A stretch of DNA of 64,000 bases from Pseudolabrys sp. (GTDB taxonomy: Bacteria > Pseudomonadota > Alphaproteobacteria > Rhizobiales > Xanthobacteraceae), in contig DASPNW010000023.1 of NCBI GenBank assembly GCA_035626335.1, positions 14,738 to 78,737 of the forward strand, written 5' to 3'. The position numbers were made by a program, and so were the translations under genes. The notes beneath the pieces were generated by a model, which saw only the letters and a list, made by a program, of their open reading frames with translations, did not search any database and was not told the origin of the DNA. Below, in pieces: positions 35,572 through 45,203 of the stretch (position 1 is its first letter; each line of letters opens with the position of its first letter).

Positions 35572-36219
35572 ATGCCGAAAAGGAGGTGGCTTTATTTTGC
35601 GCGACACAATGCGTATTCTGGACGACGCGATTTCCGAAGGCCGCCGATGACACGACCCTTGCTTGGATTTACGAAACTACGAGAAATACCAACGTCATTC
35701 GCTATCGTCTTTATTCTTTCTGCAAACGGGGCGTTCGCAAAAGACCGAATTGATGCTTCCTTTTCGTGGACTCAAGATCAACTTTTGCAGCTGCAGTTTT
35801 CGCCAAAATCCTATCAACAAAATCGGGTCGGCCTCGTTTTTACCGATCCGAGAGGAACCGGCGAAATTGAAAAAATTCTATTTGACGCAGTTTTCAAACC
35901 CAAGAAGAGGCCGTTGGAGGCAGATTTCATTGCCGAGACAATTATAAAGTCCACAAAAACGAAAAGGGACATCAGCGAAAGTGCTTCATGTGACTGGAAT
36001 GACAACAAATCTGCCGCAGAATGCTGGGTTGCAGATGACGGCGGCGCATTCAAGATAACCGCCTCATGGCGAGCCAAGGATTCCAAATCAGCTGTTCTTA
36101 ATTTTGTTATTCAACCAAATTCCGAATACAAAATATTCAGAATTGCCGCGGAAAAGGCAACTAAAGTTGAAGTGAGTACATCCGGTCCCGTCGTTGAGTC
36201 GCCTATCGCGTTCCGTTAG
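35572..36219 (+). CDS. Hypothetical protein, A/T-richer than flanks
   Basis: 215-aa ORF with a possible internal signal peptide (AIVFILSANGAFA); start uncertain. Confidence 0.5.
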   Translation: MPKRRWLYFARHNAYSGRRDFRRPPMTRPLLGFTKLREIPTSFAIVFILSANGAFAKDRIDASFSWTQDQLLQLQFSPKSYQQNRVGLVFTDPRGTGEIEKILFDAVFKPKKRPLEADFIAETIIKSTKTKRDISESASCDWNDNKSAAECWVADDGGAFKITASWRAKDSKSAVLNFVIQPNSEYKIFRIAAEKATKVEVSTSGPVVESPIAFR

Positions 36220-36257
36220 TACCCAGGCGGGCACATTCGCAATTCGGTCGCAAAATT

Positions 36258-36383
36258 CTATAGCCAGTCGATTCCGCCGCCCATTGTGGAAGCCAAAATT
36301 ATCGCGACAGAGGCCGAAACCACGATAACCCAAAGGAAGACAATTGCGGCGCTAAAAATCCGCTGTGAATATTCTTTGATCAT
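36258..36383 (-). CDS. Possible 41-aa single-TM protein (not in ORF track)
   Basis: MIKEYSQRIFSAAIVFLWVIVVSASVAIILASTMGGGIDWL*. Confidence 0.35.
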   Translation of the reverse strand: MIKEYSQRIFSAAIVFLWVIVVSASVAIILASTMGGGIDWL

Positions 36384-36607
36384 GATTTGCCGCATCCCAT
36401 TACCGATGGCGAGAATGCCGTCGACCGGATGCGGACCGCAACCAAACTCACTCGTTAAGATAAAACGTCAACCTTAAATTCAGGCACCCACAATTCGCCG
36501 CGCGCCACTTAGCGACGATTTTCATTTCGATCAGGGCAATGAGATCAGCGTCCGCGCCGCCACGAGCGATTTCATATTCGGTGGCCCAAATGGGCCGCGG
36601 TACGTGC

Positions 36608-37015
36608 TTAGGGTGCGTTGCTGCCTTCGATGGAGAAGTCGCGGCCTGCCCCTTCGCCACCACGACCGCCGCCGCCAATCTCCATCACCCAGTAACGACG
36701 CCCGCTGGCGGATCGCGCAGAGGCAATGGCTTGACATCCACCGAGCATCATGTTCGCACGATGATGCTGCGATTGCATCCACACACGCCTCGCACATTCC
36801 TCGGTCTCGCATCCGACCGCGACATTCTCGGCGACGGCGCCCGCTGGCCCGCGATGCCGCATGAAACCCGCATGATCGAGGCTATTGCGGCGAGCCATAT
36901 CGTTGGCGTGCTGCTGAGCGAGCGCGTAGAGCGCGGCACAATCGGCTTGACACAAGCTGGCCCCGACGACTGTGAATAACAACGCAAGCCCAAGGCAGAG
37001 AGCACGAAATTTCAT
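36608..37015 (-). CDS. Minimal CAP (SCP) domain exported protein
   Basis: AQQHANDMARRNSLDH, AENVA, WMQSQHHRANM, YWVMEIG. Confidence 0.8.
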   Translation of the reverse strand: MKFRALCLGLALLFTVVGASLCQADCAALYALAQQHANDMARRNSLDHAGFMRHRGPAGAVAENVAVGCETEECARRVWMQSQHHRANMMLGGCQAIASARSASGRRYWVMEIGGGGRGGEGAGRDFSIEGSNAP

Positions 37016-37131
37016 GATACGAACCTCGCATTTCAGCGAGCCTCTGCGGCACCTTCCTGCTATCACCGCAATGTATTTGGAGCGCGAATTCGCGTCAGCA
37101 AATAGCAACAGCTATTAGAACAACGCAATAG

Positions 37132-37338
37132 CTAACGCGACTTTGACTTGGAAGGCGGCGGCAGCGGGGGTAGCTGGCCGAATAAACGCCTGAACTCCGG
37201 CTCCCCGATAAGCTGCGCCTTGGTATACGCTTCGTTGCGATCGACTTCTTTCCACGCGCCCTTGACGAACGCCCATGCGCGGGTTTCGCCGACGATCGTC
37301 GGCACGCCGGCATAGTTACAGTAAAATGGTTTCTTCAT
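37132..37338 (-). CDS. Small hypothetical protein
   Basis: 68-aa protein-like ORF filling an intergenic gap. Confidence 0.45.
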   Translation of the reverse strand: MKKPFYCNYAGVPTIVGETRAWAFVKGAWKEVDRNEAYTKAQLIGEPEFRRLFGQLPPLPPPSKSKSR

Positions 37339-37378
37339 TTCTATGGCAAATTAGGACGCTTACGCCGACGATGCAGTG

Positions 37379-37681
37379 TCAGTTGGCGGGGCGTTGAATG
37401 AATCGCGAAACCGCCAGGCCGCTCTGACATCTAGGCGTCTCGGCGTCGAGTGATTTTCTTTGACTGCTGGACGTTCGGAAATAGCTAAATAAAAACACTC
37501 GAATTGCGGACGACAGATTATCGCTGATGCACTGCTGAGCAATCTTTCTTACCAGCGCCGACCTCGTCATGTTTTCGCTGTCCGCAATCTCGCGCAATCC
37601 ATCCCAAAATGGTTCCTCAAGCGAGACGCTTGTCTTGCGTCCGCCAAGTACAACTGAGCGCTTTATAACGGGCGTTTTCAC
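37379..37681 (-). CDS. Ribbon-helix-helix (RHH_4-type) DNA-binding protein
   Basis: KRSVVLGGRKTSVSLEEPFWDGLREIA...NLSSAIRVF; GTG start. Confidence 0.85.
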   Translation of the reverse strand: MKTPVIKRSVVLGGRKTSVSLEEPFWDGLREIADSENMTRSALVRKIAQQCISDNLSSAIRVFLFSYFRTSSSQRKSLDAETPRCQSGLAVSRFIQRPAN

Positions 37682-37742
37682 TTTGCTTGCCCCTCGCCAT
37701 GTAATTGCTTGCGACCACCTAGAAGAAAGCACCCCCGGTAGA

Positions 37743-37758
37743 TGTGATCCCCATCACA
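37743..37758. promoter_or_regulatory. CRP-family consensus box
   Basis: Perfect TGTGA-TCCCCA-TCACA in a divergent intergenic region. Confidence 0.5.
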
Positions 37759-37900
37759 AAAAATCTGATTTGCAGGTATGCGTGCACACAATTGAACGCA
37801 TCGCAAAATGATGCGTGCAGGGCAAAAAAAATCAATCTTTAGTCGAGTTATCTGCGATCTGATAGCGACATTTCAATCACGTGGGCGCTAACGTGGCCAA

Positions 37901-38227
37901 ATGAGCAAGCGTCTCGCGGACGTAATTTTGGAAGTGTTGGATGAGCTGGGTGCAGACGAAACGCACCCGCTACACAACTCAGTATTTAATCCGCTCATCG
38001 AAAGGCGTTGGAGAAGCTTGGTAAATAACTTCGATTCAACAAAAGATTTTCGTCAAACGATAAATGCAGAGCTACGGCGTTTTGGTCCAAGATCGACCGA
38101 GTGGAGCCCCAAGTTGTTTAGGATGCATGGTGGCGGTTATTGGTCCGTCCGCAATGACGCTCAGCGCGGCATCGAACAACAATGGCACAAGGAAGTCGCG
38201 GAGCTTTGGATTTTGGCTCACACCTAA
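37901..38227 (+). CDS. Hypothetical protein
   Basis: 108-aa ORF ending LFRMHGGGYWSVR, possibly winged-helix-like. Confidence 0.45.
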   Translation: MSKRLADVILEVLDELGADETHPLHNSVFNPLIERRWRSLVNNFDSTKDFRQTINAELRRFGPRSTEWSPKLFRMHGGGYWSVRNDAQRGIEQQWHKEVAELWILAHT

Positions 38228-38237
38228 TTATCGGTCG

Positions 38238-38266
38238 GTGTCCGGCTTGGGCCCACTAGCGGACAT
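38238..38266. repeat. Palindromic intergenic repeat
   Basis: GTGTCCGGCTTGGGCCCACTAGCGGACAT. Confidence 0.75.
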
Positions 38267-38315
38267 CACGGTAAATTTGCAACGCCCCGTCTACCGTCAA
38301 AAGCGCGCCGTCGCT

Positions 38316-38777
38316 TCACACTGGCTCTTTGAAGTACACACACCATTTTGGCCTGAATCGTTTCGCTACGTTCGGAGAACAGTTGATCTTGCAGGACGTC
38401 GTCACGCAATCCATCAATGATCTTCCGTTCCCCCCGCTCGAATCTGTTTTAGGTGCTGCGAATTTTGCTGCTGGAGACAAGTTTTGCGGAATAACCTGCT
38501 TAGGTTCGCAGAACCCGCCCCTTCCGCTGATGGTGGCGCGGCACTGTTCGATGGTGACGAAGCCGCAATTTGTGCCACCGCCGGTGCTATCAACTGAACA
38601 CCATCTATAAGGATCGGCAGAGCTCGCGCCGACCGCAAAGAACATTGATGCGCCCGCCACGACACCCAGCATCGATACGCCGGTGCGGCTGGGCCCCTTG
38701 ATTTGTTGCGCTTTTGCGGCGTTCGGCGACGCGGCGGCCACGCCGCCAAAAAAGGTACTGAACTCGCGTCGTCTCAT
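38316..38777 (-). CDS. Chimera: SBP-type MRRREF leader fused to a DUF3551-like Cys-rich protein
   Basis: MRRREFSTFFGGVAAASPNAAKAQQ, second hydrophobic signal, then YRWC...NCGFVTIEQCRATISGRGGFC. Confidence 0.75.
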   Translation of the reverse strand: MRRREFSTFFGGVAAASPNAAKAQQIKGPSRTGVSMLGVVAGASMFFAVGASSADPYRWCSVDSTGGGTNCGFVTIEQCRATISGRGGFCEPKQVIPQNLSPAAKFAAPKTDSSGGNGRSLMDCVTTSCKINCSPNVAKRFRPKWCVYFKEPV

Positions 38778-38840
38778 TGCCCCTCCATGGCTAGGGATAG
38801 GTGCATCGTACCAGCTCAAAGTAGTTTCCTTGAAGGGCGG
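38778..38840 (-). promoter_or_regulatory. Conserved promoter/leader module
   Basis: CCCTT-N22-TACGAT-N27-ATG; RBS GGAGGGG. Confidence 0.6.
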
Positions 38841-38965
38841 AAATGCCTTTTGCGGTACGCGAAGCGATATATTTTTGGCACCAGCCATTTAAACCTCTAG
38901 AGTCAAAGCACTATTCGACCGGACTGTCGCCATCATCGTGGCAAGGCGGGCTGAAGGACAACGTC

Positions 38966-40366
38966 ATGACCCCATCAACCCGCAGTTTAATTGTCGTCGG
39001 CCAGGGAGCGGCAGGGCTGGCCGCCGCGCTGACGGCCGCCGAAATGGCGCACGCCCGCAACTGGCCAGTCAAGGTCACGCTTGTCGACAAGGCCGACGAA
39101 AGCGAAGCCGGCGGCAACACTCGCTGGTCGCCGTCGTACATGCGGATGGCTTCGCCGACCCGTGTAGAGCCGGGCTTTGTGCACGACTTGCTGAAGGCGA
39201 CCAAATTCCATGGCGACGAGATCTATTTCGCGCTGCTTGCGGCCGAGGCTCCGGCGACCATCAAATGGATCGCTTCGCATGGCATCGAATTCATTCAACC
39301 GACATACTATTTGGCGAAGGGACCGCCGCGCATTCAGCCTTCCGGGGGCGGTCCAACCCTTGTGAAGGACTTGACCCGTGCAGCTCGACAGGCCGGTGTT
39401 GCACTCCGCTACGGCTGTGCTGCGCGTGAAATCGTCAACGATAACGGCAGTATCACTGGGCTCCTTATCGAGCGTGGCGAAGCGCGCGAGAGTTTGCCGG
39501 CAGACGCCATCGTGCTGGCTTGCGGCGGTTTCCAGGGCAACCGCGAGATGATGCGCGCGCAGTTCGGCGACGGCGCCGAGACCATGCGACTGATCTCGCC
39601 CGGCACACGTTTCAACACCGGTGACGGTATTCGCATGGCCATGCAGCTCGGCGCCGATCGCTCGGGCGACTGGAACGGCATGCATGCCGAGCCGGTCGAC
39701 GCGCGCAGCAAAAATTCCGCGCCAGTCGTGCTCGTCTATCCTTACGGCATTGTCGTGGATCGGAACGGTCATCGTTTTTTTGATGAAGGCGGCGGTCTCG
39801 TGCATGAGACCTGGGAATGGCTTGCGCGCGACATACACTTCAAGGCCCCGGATGCAATTGCCTACGCGATCCTCGACAGCCGCATGCTGGACATTGCCGA
39901 CTATCAGCGCGCCATCCGCTCCGAGATGCCGCCGATACGCGCAGAGACACTTGCCGGACTGGCGAAACTCATCGGCGTAGATGCGGACAATCTGGCAAGC
40001 ACGGTGGCAGCCTTTAACGCTGCCTGCACCGGCGATCCGAAACGTTTCGACCCTACACGCTGTGATGGCCTTTCTGCCGATCGCACGCTCAATCCGCCGA
40101 AATCGAATTGGGCGCGCGCGATTATTGTGCCGCCGTACCTCGCCTATCCGCTGGTCGGCGCCATCGCCTACACTTTCGGCGGACTTGCTACCGACGCATG
40201 CAGCCGCGTATTGCGCGATGGCGCCCCTATCCCCGGCCTATTCGCGGCTGGAGAAATTACCGGCCATTTTTATGCGACGGCACCGAACGCTGTTTCCGTC
40301 CTGCGCGCTTTCGTATTCGGCAGGATCGCAGGGCGCGAAGCGGTCGCAAGTTTGGCGCCGAGATAG
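38966..40366 (+). CDS. FAD-dependent oxidoreductase, TcuA/fumarate reductase flavoprotein family
   Basis: VVGQGAAGLAAA, GGNTRWS, LACGGFQGN, NTGDGIRMA, YTFGGL, GLFAAGE; RBS GAAGGA. Confidence 0.85.
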   Translation: MTPSTRSLIVVGQGAAGLAAALTAAEMAHARNWPVKVTLVDKADESEAGGNTRWSPSYMRMASPTRVEPGFVHDLLKATKFHGDEIYFALLAAEAPATIKWIASHGIEFIQPTYYLAKGPPRIQPSGGGPTLVKDLTRAARQAGVALRYGCAAREIVNDNGSITGLLIERGEARESLPADAIVLACGGFQGNREMMRAQFGDGAETMRLISPGTRFNTGDGIRMAMQLGADRSGDWNGMHAEPVDARSKNSAPVVLVYPYGIVVDRNGHRFFDEGGGLVHETWEWLARDIHFKAPDAIAYAILDSRMLDIADYQRAIRSEMPPIRAETLAGLAKLIGVDADNLASTVAAFNAACTGDPKRFDPTRCDGLSADRTLNPPKSNWARAIIVPPYLAYPLVGAIAYTFGGLATDACSRVLRDGAPIPGLFAAGEITGHFYATAPNAVSVLRAFVFGRIAGREAVASLAPR

Positions 40367-40419
40367 TCTGCGAACGCTGCGTTACATGGGGACGAACTTC
40401 GTCTCTCTGCTCACTTCAC

Positions 40420-41211
40420 TTAAGGCTCGGGAGCATATGAACGACGCTGAAGCCGCACCATCCCATCAATCCAGCGATCTCGATCTTCCATTTTTCTCCG
40501 AATGTAGCCCTCCACTTCGGCATGAGGCAGGATCAGGAATGTTTCATTCCTAAGACCTTCAATCGCGGCCTGCGCCACTTGCTCCGCCGACAAAATACCG
40601 TCTCCGGATTGTGGCCCCAAAGGAAGACTGTGGAGTAGTGGCGTATCAACGGCCTGAGGACAAAGAACCGATACCCTGATTCCATCATCTTTGTGAGCGA
40701 TCGCAATATTCTCTGCGAACCCAACTGCGGCGTGTTTCGTCGTTGAGTAAATCGCGCTGCCAATTTGAGTAAGCAGACCTGCCGCCGACACGGTGTTGAG
40801 TAGATAACCACCGCCGCGCACCTTCATGCGCGGTATAAGGTTACGTGCGGCGTAGACGTGCCCCATAACATTGACAGACCAGGCTCGCTGCCAAAGTTCG
40901 TCGGGACCTGCGGCCGCATTTTCTCCACGCGGATTGAAGCCGACCGCCACGCCCGCATTGGAGCAAAAAAGGTCAATCGGCCCGAACCGGGACTCAGTCT
41001 TTTCGATTAGCGATTTGATGTCCGCCTCCTGTGCCACATCACAAAGCAACGCAGCACCGCCGATCTCGACCGCAACCGCCTCGGCGGCCCGTCGATCGAT
41101 ATCGGAGACGATTATCGTCTTCGCGCCAGCTCTGTGAAACGCCTCGCAGAGCGCGCGTCCGATCCCGCTGCCTCCTCCGGTTACGACGACGACTTTGCCG
41201 GGCAGCTCCAT
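40420..41211 (-). CDS. SDR family oxidoreductase
   Basis: [20 protein letters not shown] (YxxxK). Confidence 0.92.
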   Translation of the reverse strand: MELPGKVVVVTGGGSGIGRALCEAFHRAGAKTIIVSDIDRRAAEAVAVEIGGAALLCDVAQEADIKSLIEKTESRFGPIDLFCSNAGVAVGFNPRGENAAAGPDELWQRAWSVNVMGHVYAARNLIPRMKVRGGGYLLNTVSAAGLLTQIGSAIYSTTKHAAVGFAENIAIAHKDDGIRVSVLCPQAVDTPLLHSLPLGPQSGDGILSAEQVAQAAIEGLRNETFLILPHAEVEGYIRRKMEDRDRWIDGMVRLQRRSYAPEP

Positions 41212-41324
41212 TTTCGCTTCCTTGTGCCAGAAATGGACATGAATCACTAAATGAGCCGTCTAAAGCACGATACGGTTCGGACGATTCTCTGGAGTTTGAG
41301 ACGAATGAGACAAGCGTTAGGTGG

Positions 41325-42416
41325 TCACACACCAAAAATCTTTGAATAGCGCGCCTTGATCTCCTCGCTCTGCGCTTCTACTGCCACGGGGTCGCTCTTC
41401 ATGGTCTTGATCGCGGAAAGCGGCGGTCGGCCTGGCCTGTCTTTCACCTGTGCATGGAAAGAACGATGGGCAAAATCGACGAAGATTTGCTGACCCTCAA
41501 CGCTAAACAAAAAGTGCTGAAATAGCCGCGCGGCATTCGGATGCTGTGAGCTGCGGAATATACCAGTCTCGACAATGATCTGCGGCGTACCTTCACTCGC
41601 GTATACAGCTTCGACCGACCGCCCTGCATCTTTGTACAAAGCAAGGCTGTAATCGTTGCCGTCGGCCTGCACCGCACGTTCGCCAGCCGCGATCTTGCGT
41701 GGCGGTTCTGCCGCCGATTGCAACTGCAATACCTGCTGTTGCGCAAGTTTTTCGAAATATGACCAGCCGAGATCGCGAGAAATCTGGTAGGTCGCCGTCA
41801 GTATCGCCCCGCTATACCCCGGGTGACCCTTAGCGATTTTCCCTTTCCATTTCGGGTCTAGCAAATCCGCATAACTTTTCGGCGCGTCCTCAGCCTTGAC
41901 CAGTTCGGTGTTGTAGCCGATCACCGAGAACCAGGCGCACACTGTCGCGCTGGTGCCATCGGGATTTACCTGCTCGCGCGGCAGGTGCTTGGCCATATCC
42001 TCGGTCACGTAGGGCGCGACCCAGTCCTTGCGTTTCCAGAAGATGAAATGCGCGGGGTCGGTGCTGCAGACGAGATCGACCGCGTTGATGCGGCTCTCCT
42101 GCTCCTGTCCGATTCGCTGAAAGATTCGCTCTGCCCCGGAGCGCTCGACGCGCGCGGCAATGCCAGGATATCTCGCCTCGAATGTTCTCGCCAGTTTCTC
42201 GGATATATTCAGTTCGAGCGCACTGTAGAACGCAATCTTGCCCTCCTTGCGCGCGGCTTCTATCAACGCCGGGCTAACCACGACAGCTTCCGGTAGCGCG
42301 GCCCTGAGCGGCTGCGCAAAAACCACGCTTCCAACTCCGGCAACCGAGGCCTTTACCACTTCACGTCTGGACCACGTCCTCGGCATGGTGGTCGCCCTCG
42401 TGTTTGCCATCGTCAT
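41325..42416 (-). CDS. Fe3+/polyamine-type extracellular solute-binding protein, orphan, Tat-like leader
   Basis: SRREVVK; AARKEGKIAFYS; PKSYADLLDPKWKG; HPNAARLF. Confidence 0.85.
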   Translation of the reverse strand: MTMANTRATTMPRTWSRREVVKASVAGVGSVVFAQPLRAALPEAVVVSPALIEAARKEGKIAFYSALELNISEKLARTFEARYPGIAARVERSGAERIFQRIGQEQESRINAVDLVCSTDPAHFIFWKRKDWVAPYVTEDMAKHLPREQVNPDGTSATVCAWFSVIGYNTELVKAEDAPKSYADLLDPKWKGKIAKGHPGYSGAILTATYQISRDLGWSYFEKLAQQQVLQLQSAAEPPRKIAAGERAVQADGNDYSLALYKDAGRSVEAVYASEGTPQIIVETGIFRSSQHPNAARLFQHFLFSVEGQQIFVDFAHRSFHAQVKDRPGRPPLSAIKTMKSDPVAVEAQSEEIKARYSKIFGV

Positions 42417-42500
42417 CCGAACACGATGGCTTTAAAACTTTACCACAGCCAATAATTATTGCGACCATATTCGATCAAGCAGCAAACGGGAGGTTGGCAA

Positions 42501-43313
42501 ATGACTGTGCGAGTGGAAAAGGACGGACCGGTGTGGACCATCATTCACGACCGTCCGGAAGCACGTAATGCCATGGACCCCAAAAGTGCGGATGCGCTGA
42601 CAGCCGCATTTCTTGAATTCGATTCCCATAAGGATGCCTGCGTTGCAGTATTCTATGGCGCAGGCGGCGCCTTTTGCGCGGGCTGGGACCTCAAATACGT
42701 CAGCACGCTTAACGCGGATCATCCGCTCGGTGAGCTCGATATCCCTGTTGCCGGGCCGCGCGCTAACGGCGGAGAAATTCCTCGCGGCCCGCTGGGCCCT
42801 TCTCGACTTGAGTTGGATAAACCGGTTATTGCGGCAATAGAGGGCCCCGCGGTCGCCGGAGGCATGGAGTTGGGCCTCTGGTGCGATTTCCGAGTCATGG
42901 CGAAAGATTCGTACTTCGGCGTCTATTGTCGGCGTTGGGGAGTGCCGCTGATTGACGGAGGAACCGTGCGGTTACCTCGTATTGTTGGCCAAGGTCGCGC
43001 GCTGGAGATTATTCTCACGGGACGCAAAGTACCGGCGGAAGAGTGCTTGAGCATTGGCTTATGCGAATACATCACCCCCAAGGGAGGCGCCCGCGAGAAA
43101 GCGGAGGCGGTCGCGCGGGAGATCGCGCGCTTTCCTCAAGTGTGCGTGCGTGCCGATCGACGGTCTGCCATCAAGAGCCATGGGCTTAGCGTACGCGAAG
43201 CGCTAATTCAGGAATGGTACAATGGGCGACGTGCGCTGATTGAGGACGGCGTGACCGGAGCAAGTCGTTTCAAGGACGGCCTCGGCCGGCATGGCGATTT
43301 CGGGAAAATCTAG
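42501..43313 (+). CDS. Enoyl-CoA hydratase/isomerase family protein
   Basis: RPEARNAMD, FCAGWDLK, KPVIAAIEGPAVAGGMELGLWCD, GVPLIDGGTVRLPR. Confidence 0.92.
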   Translation: MTVRVEKDGPVWTIIHDRPEARNAMDPKSADALTAAFLEFDSHKDACVAVFYGAGGAFCAGWDLKYVSTLNADHPLGELDIPVAGPRANGGEIPRGPLGPSRLELDKPVIAAIEGPAVAGGMELGLWCDFRVMAKDSYFGVYCRRWGVPLIDGGTVRLPRIVGQGRALEIILTGRKVPAEECLSIGLCEYITPKGGAREKAEAVAREIARFPQVCVRADRRSAIKSHGLSVREALIQEWYNGRRALIEDGVTGASRFKDGLGRHGDFGKI

Positions 43314-43428
43314 TGCTCCTTAACGGGTTGGGCCACAGTCCAATAGTGTCCAAGTCAGCTATGAACTAAGACAACATTTAATGGGCCGATTGGGGCGCAG
43401 TTGCCGGAGATTGAAATTGGGTCATCAT

Positions 43429-43749
43429 GTGAAGCTCGTTGCCGCCGTCGCTCTCGTGATGCTTGGTTTTGCGTTGCCAATAAGAGCCGCTTCCGCCGCA
43501 TCACAATCACATTTTTGCCGAGCTTACGCCCGTGATTACTCCATGCGTTATTCGGCCGGCGGCGCCATGGGCGGCGTTGTGCGCGGCGCACTCGGTGGGG
43601 CCGCAATTGGCGGAATCGTGGATGGCGGTCGAGGGGCCCGGCGGGGCGCCGGCACTGGTGCGATTGTCGGCGGCGCGGCGCGTGGCGTTCAAAGGTCTAC
43701 GCTGTACAACAGGGCCTATGCACGTTGCATGAGCAGCCGATGGCCGTGA
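43429..43749 (+). CDS. Exported glycine-zipper protein
   Basis: Signal peptide; C..YA; GALGGAAIGG..GAGTGAIVG; C-terminal ARCM. Confidence 0.7.
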   Translation: MKLVAAVALVMLGFALPIRAASAASQSHFCRAYARDYSMRYSAGGAMGGVVRGALGGAAIGGIVDGGRGARRGAGTGAIVGGAARGVQRSTLYNRAYARCMSSRWP

Positions 43750-43908
43750 ATTTCTGACAGTCGGCACCCGCTAGATCGGACCAAGCTATAAAAGTCCCCA
43801 TTTCCACGCCAAGATGGGAATGACAATAATTATTCCGATCACGATCCCGATAAGTTTTAGTTTTAAAACACCAGCCTTATCTACTTGCGGTGAGTTCATT
43901 TTTTCCAC

Positions 43909-44067
43909 TCAGGGCCCCGGACAAAGGTCTAAAGCGGTGCAGAAATAAAGCGTGTAGCGCGCGACTCCCTCATTGCCCGCGCCCGCCGCAGTCTCCAGCG
44001 CTGCGTCAGGAACCTCGCGTGTGAGGATCTCATCAGCACGCTCCGGCTCGATGATGGTGACGGCCAT
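43909..44067 (-). CDS. 52-aa RiPP-precursor-like peptide
   Basis: Acidic leader EVPDAALETAAG plus core NEGVARYTLYFCTALDLCPGP; purine-rich RBS. Confidence 0.65.
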   Translation of the reverse strand: MAVTIIEPERADEILTREVPDAALETAAGAGNEGVARYTLYFCTALDLCPGP

Positions 44068-44313
44068 GGCATTGCCCCTTTCTTTTCCCAGCAACCTCGG
44101 CTGATCTTGGTGGATCAGGACGCTATCTCGACGTTCACTTTTCTCCGGCTGCAACGCATTCGTTCACTAAAACGCGCCCCAGCGGCTGCCGGACAAGGCA
44201 CTTGCAGGTGCAAACTAGCACAATAACAGGGTGTGAATATGCCATTTCGGCTGGCGGGCAGATTGCCGCCGCTGCTACAAAATTCCGCGCAATAATAGTG
44301 TATGGGGTCGGCA

Positions 44314-45168
44314 ATGCCTGCTGCGGTCCTTCATGACGTCTGCATCAACTACGAGGTCATTGGCAACAACGGCCCGTGGATCGCCCTCACGCCCGGTAGC
44401 CGCCGCTCCTACGGCGAATTGATCGACCTGTCGGCAGCCATTGCAGTATCCGGCTATCGCGTTTTGCTGCATGACCGGCGTAATTGCGGCGCCTCGGATG
44501 TTGCGTTCGATGGTTCTGCGTCCGAACACGAGGTTTGGGCCGACGACCTCTATGCGCTCGGCAAAGGGCTCGGTGCGCTACCGATGTATGTCGGTGGCTC
44601 CTCAGCGGGCGCGCGCCTGGCGATCCTTTATGCCATGCGGCATGCTGATGGTTTGCGCGGCCTGCTGCTCTGGCGAGTCACCGGCGGCCAGGAGGCCGTC
44701 GACCGACTGGCCGAAAATTACTACGGACAATTCATAAAAATAGCACGCGCCGGTGGCATGGAGGCGGTGTGCGAAAGCGAGCATTTCAGTGAATGCATCA
44801 AGGCGCGGCCGTCGAATCGCGACCGTCTATTGAAACTCGATGTCGCACAGTTCATCAACGTCATGACCTATTGGCGCGAGTGTTTTATTCAATCGGCAAA
44901 TTTGCCGATTGTCGGCGCCACCGAAGCCGATTTGCATGCAATCAAAGTGCCGGCGTGTCTGATCGCCGGCAATGACGTAATCCACACGCCAGCCACCGCG
45001 CGCAAGGCCGCGAGTCTCATTCCCCACGGCGAACTGCACGACGACGTCGTCGAGAAGCGATCGGATGACGGTTTGCTGAAGGAGTGGGACCGCAAGGAAT
45101 GGCGCGATGCTGAGCCACGCATCGCAGCCATATTCGTCGAATTCCTGAAGCGAACCGCAACCAGATAA
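44314..45168 (+). CDS. Alpha/beta hydrolase
   Basis: HDRRNCGAS, GGSSAG nucleophile elbow, AGNDVIH. Confidence 0.85.
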   Translation: MPAAVLHDVCINYEVIGNNGPWIALTPGSRRSYGELIDLSAAIAVSGYRVLLHDRRNCGASDVAFDGSASEHEVWADDLYALGKGLGALPMYVGGSSAGARLAILYAMRHADGLRGLLLWRVTGGQEAVDRLAENYYGQFIKIARAGGMEAVCESEHFSECIKARPSNRDRLLKLDVAQFINVMTYWRECFIQSANLPIVGATEADLHAIKVPACLIAGNDVIHTPATARKAASLIPHGELHDDVVEKRSDDGLLKEWDRKEWRDAEPRIAAIFVEFLKRTATR

Positions 45169-45203
45169 GCCACTCGCATTTTCGATCGAGAAGGAAAGTC
45201 TGC

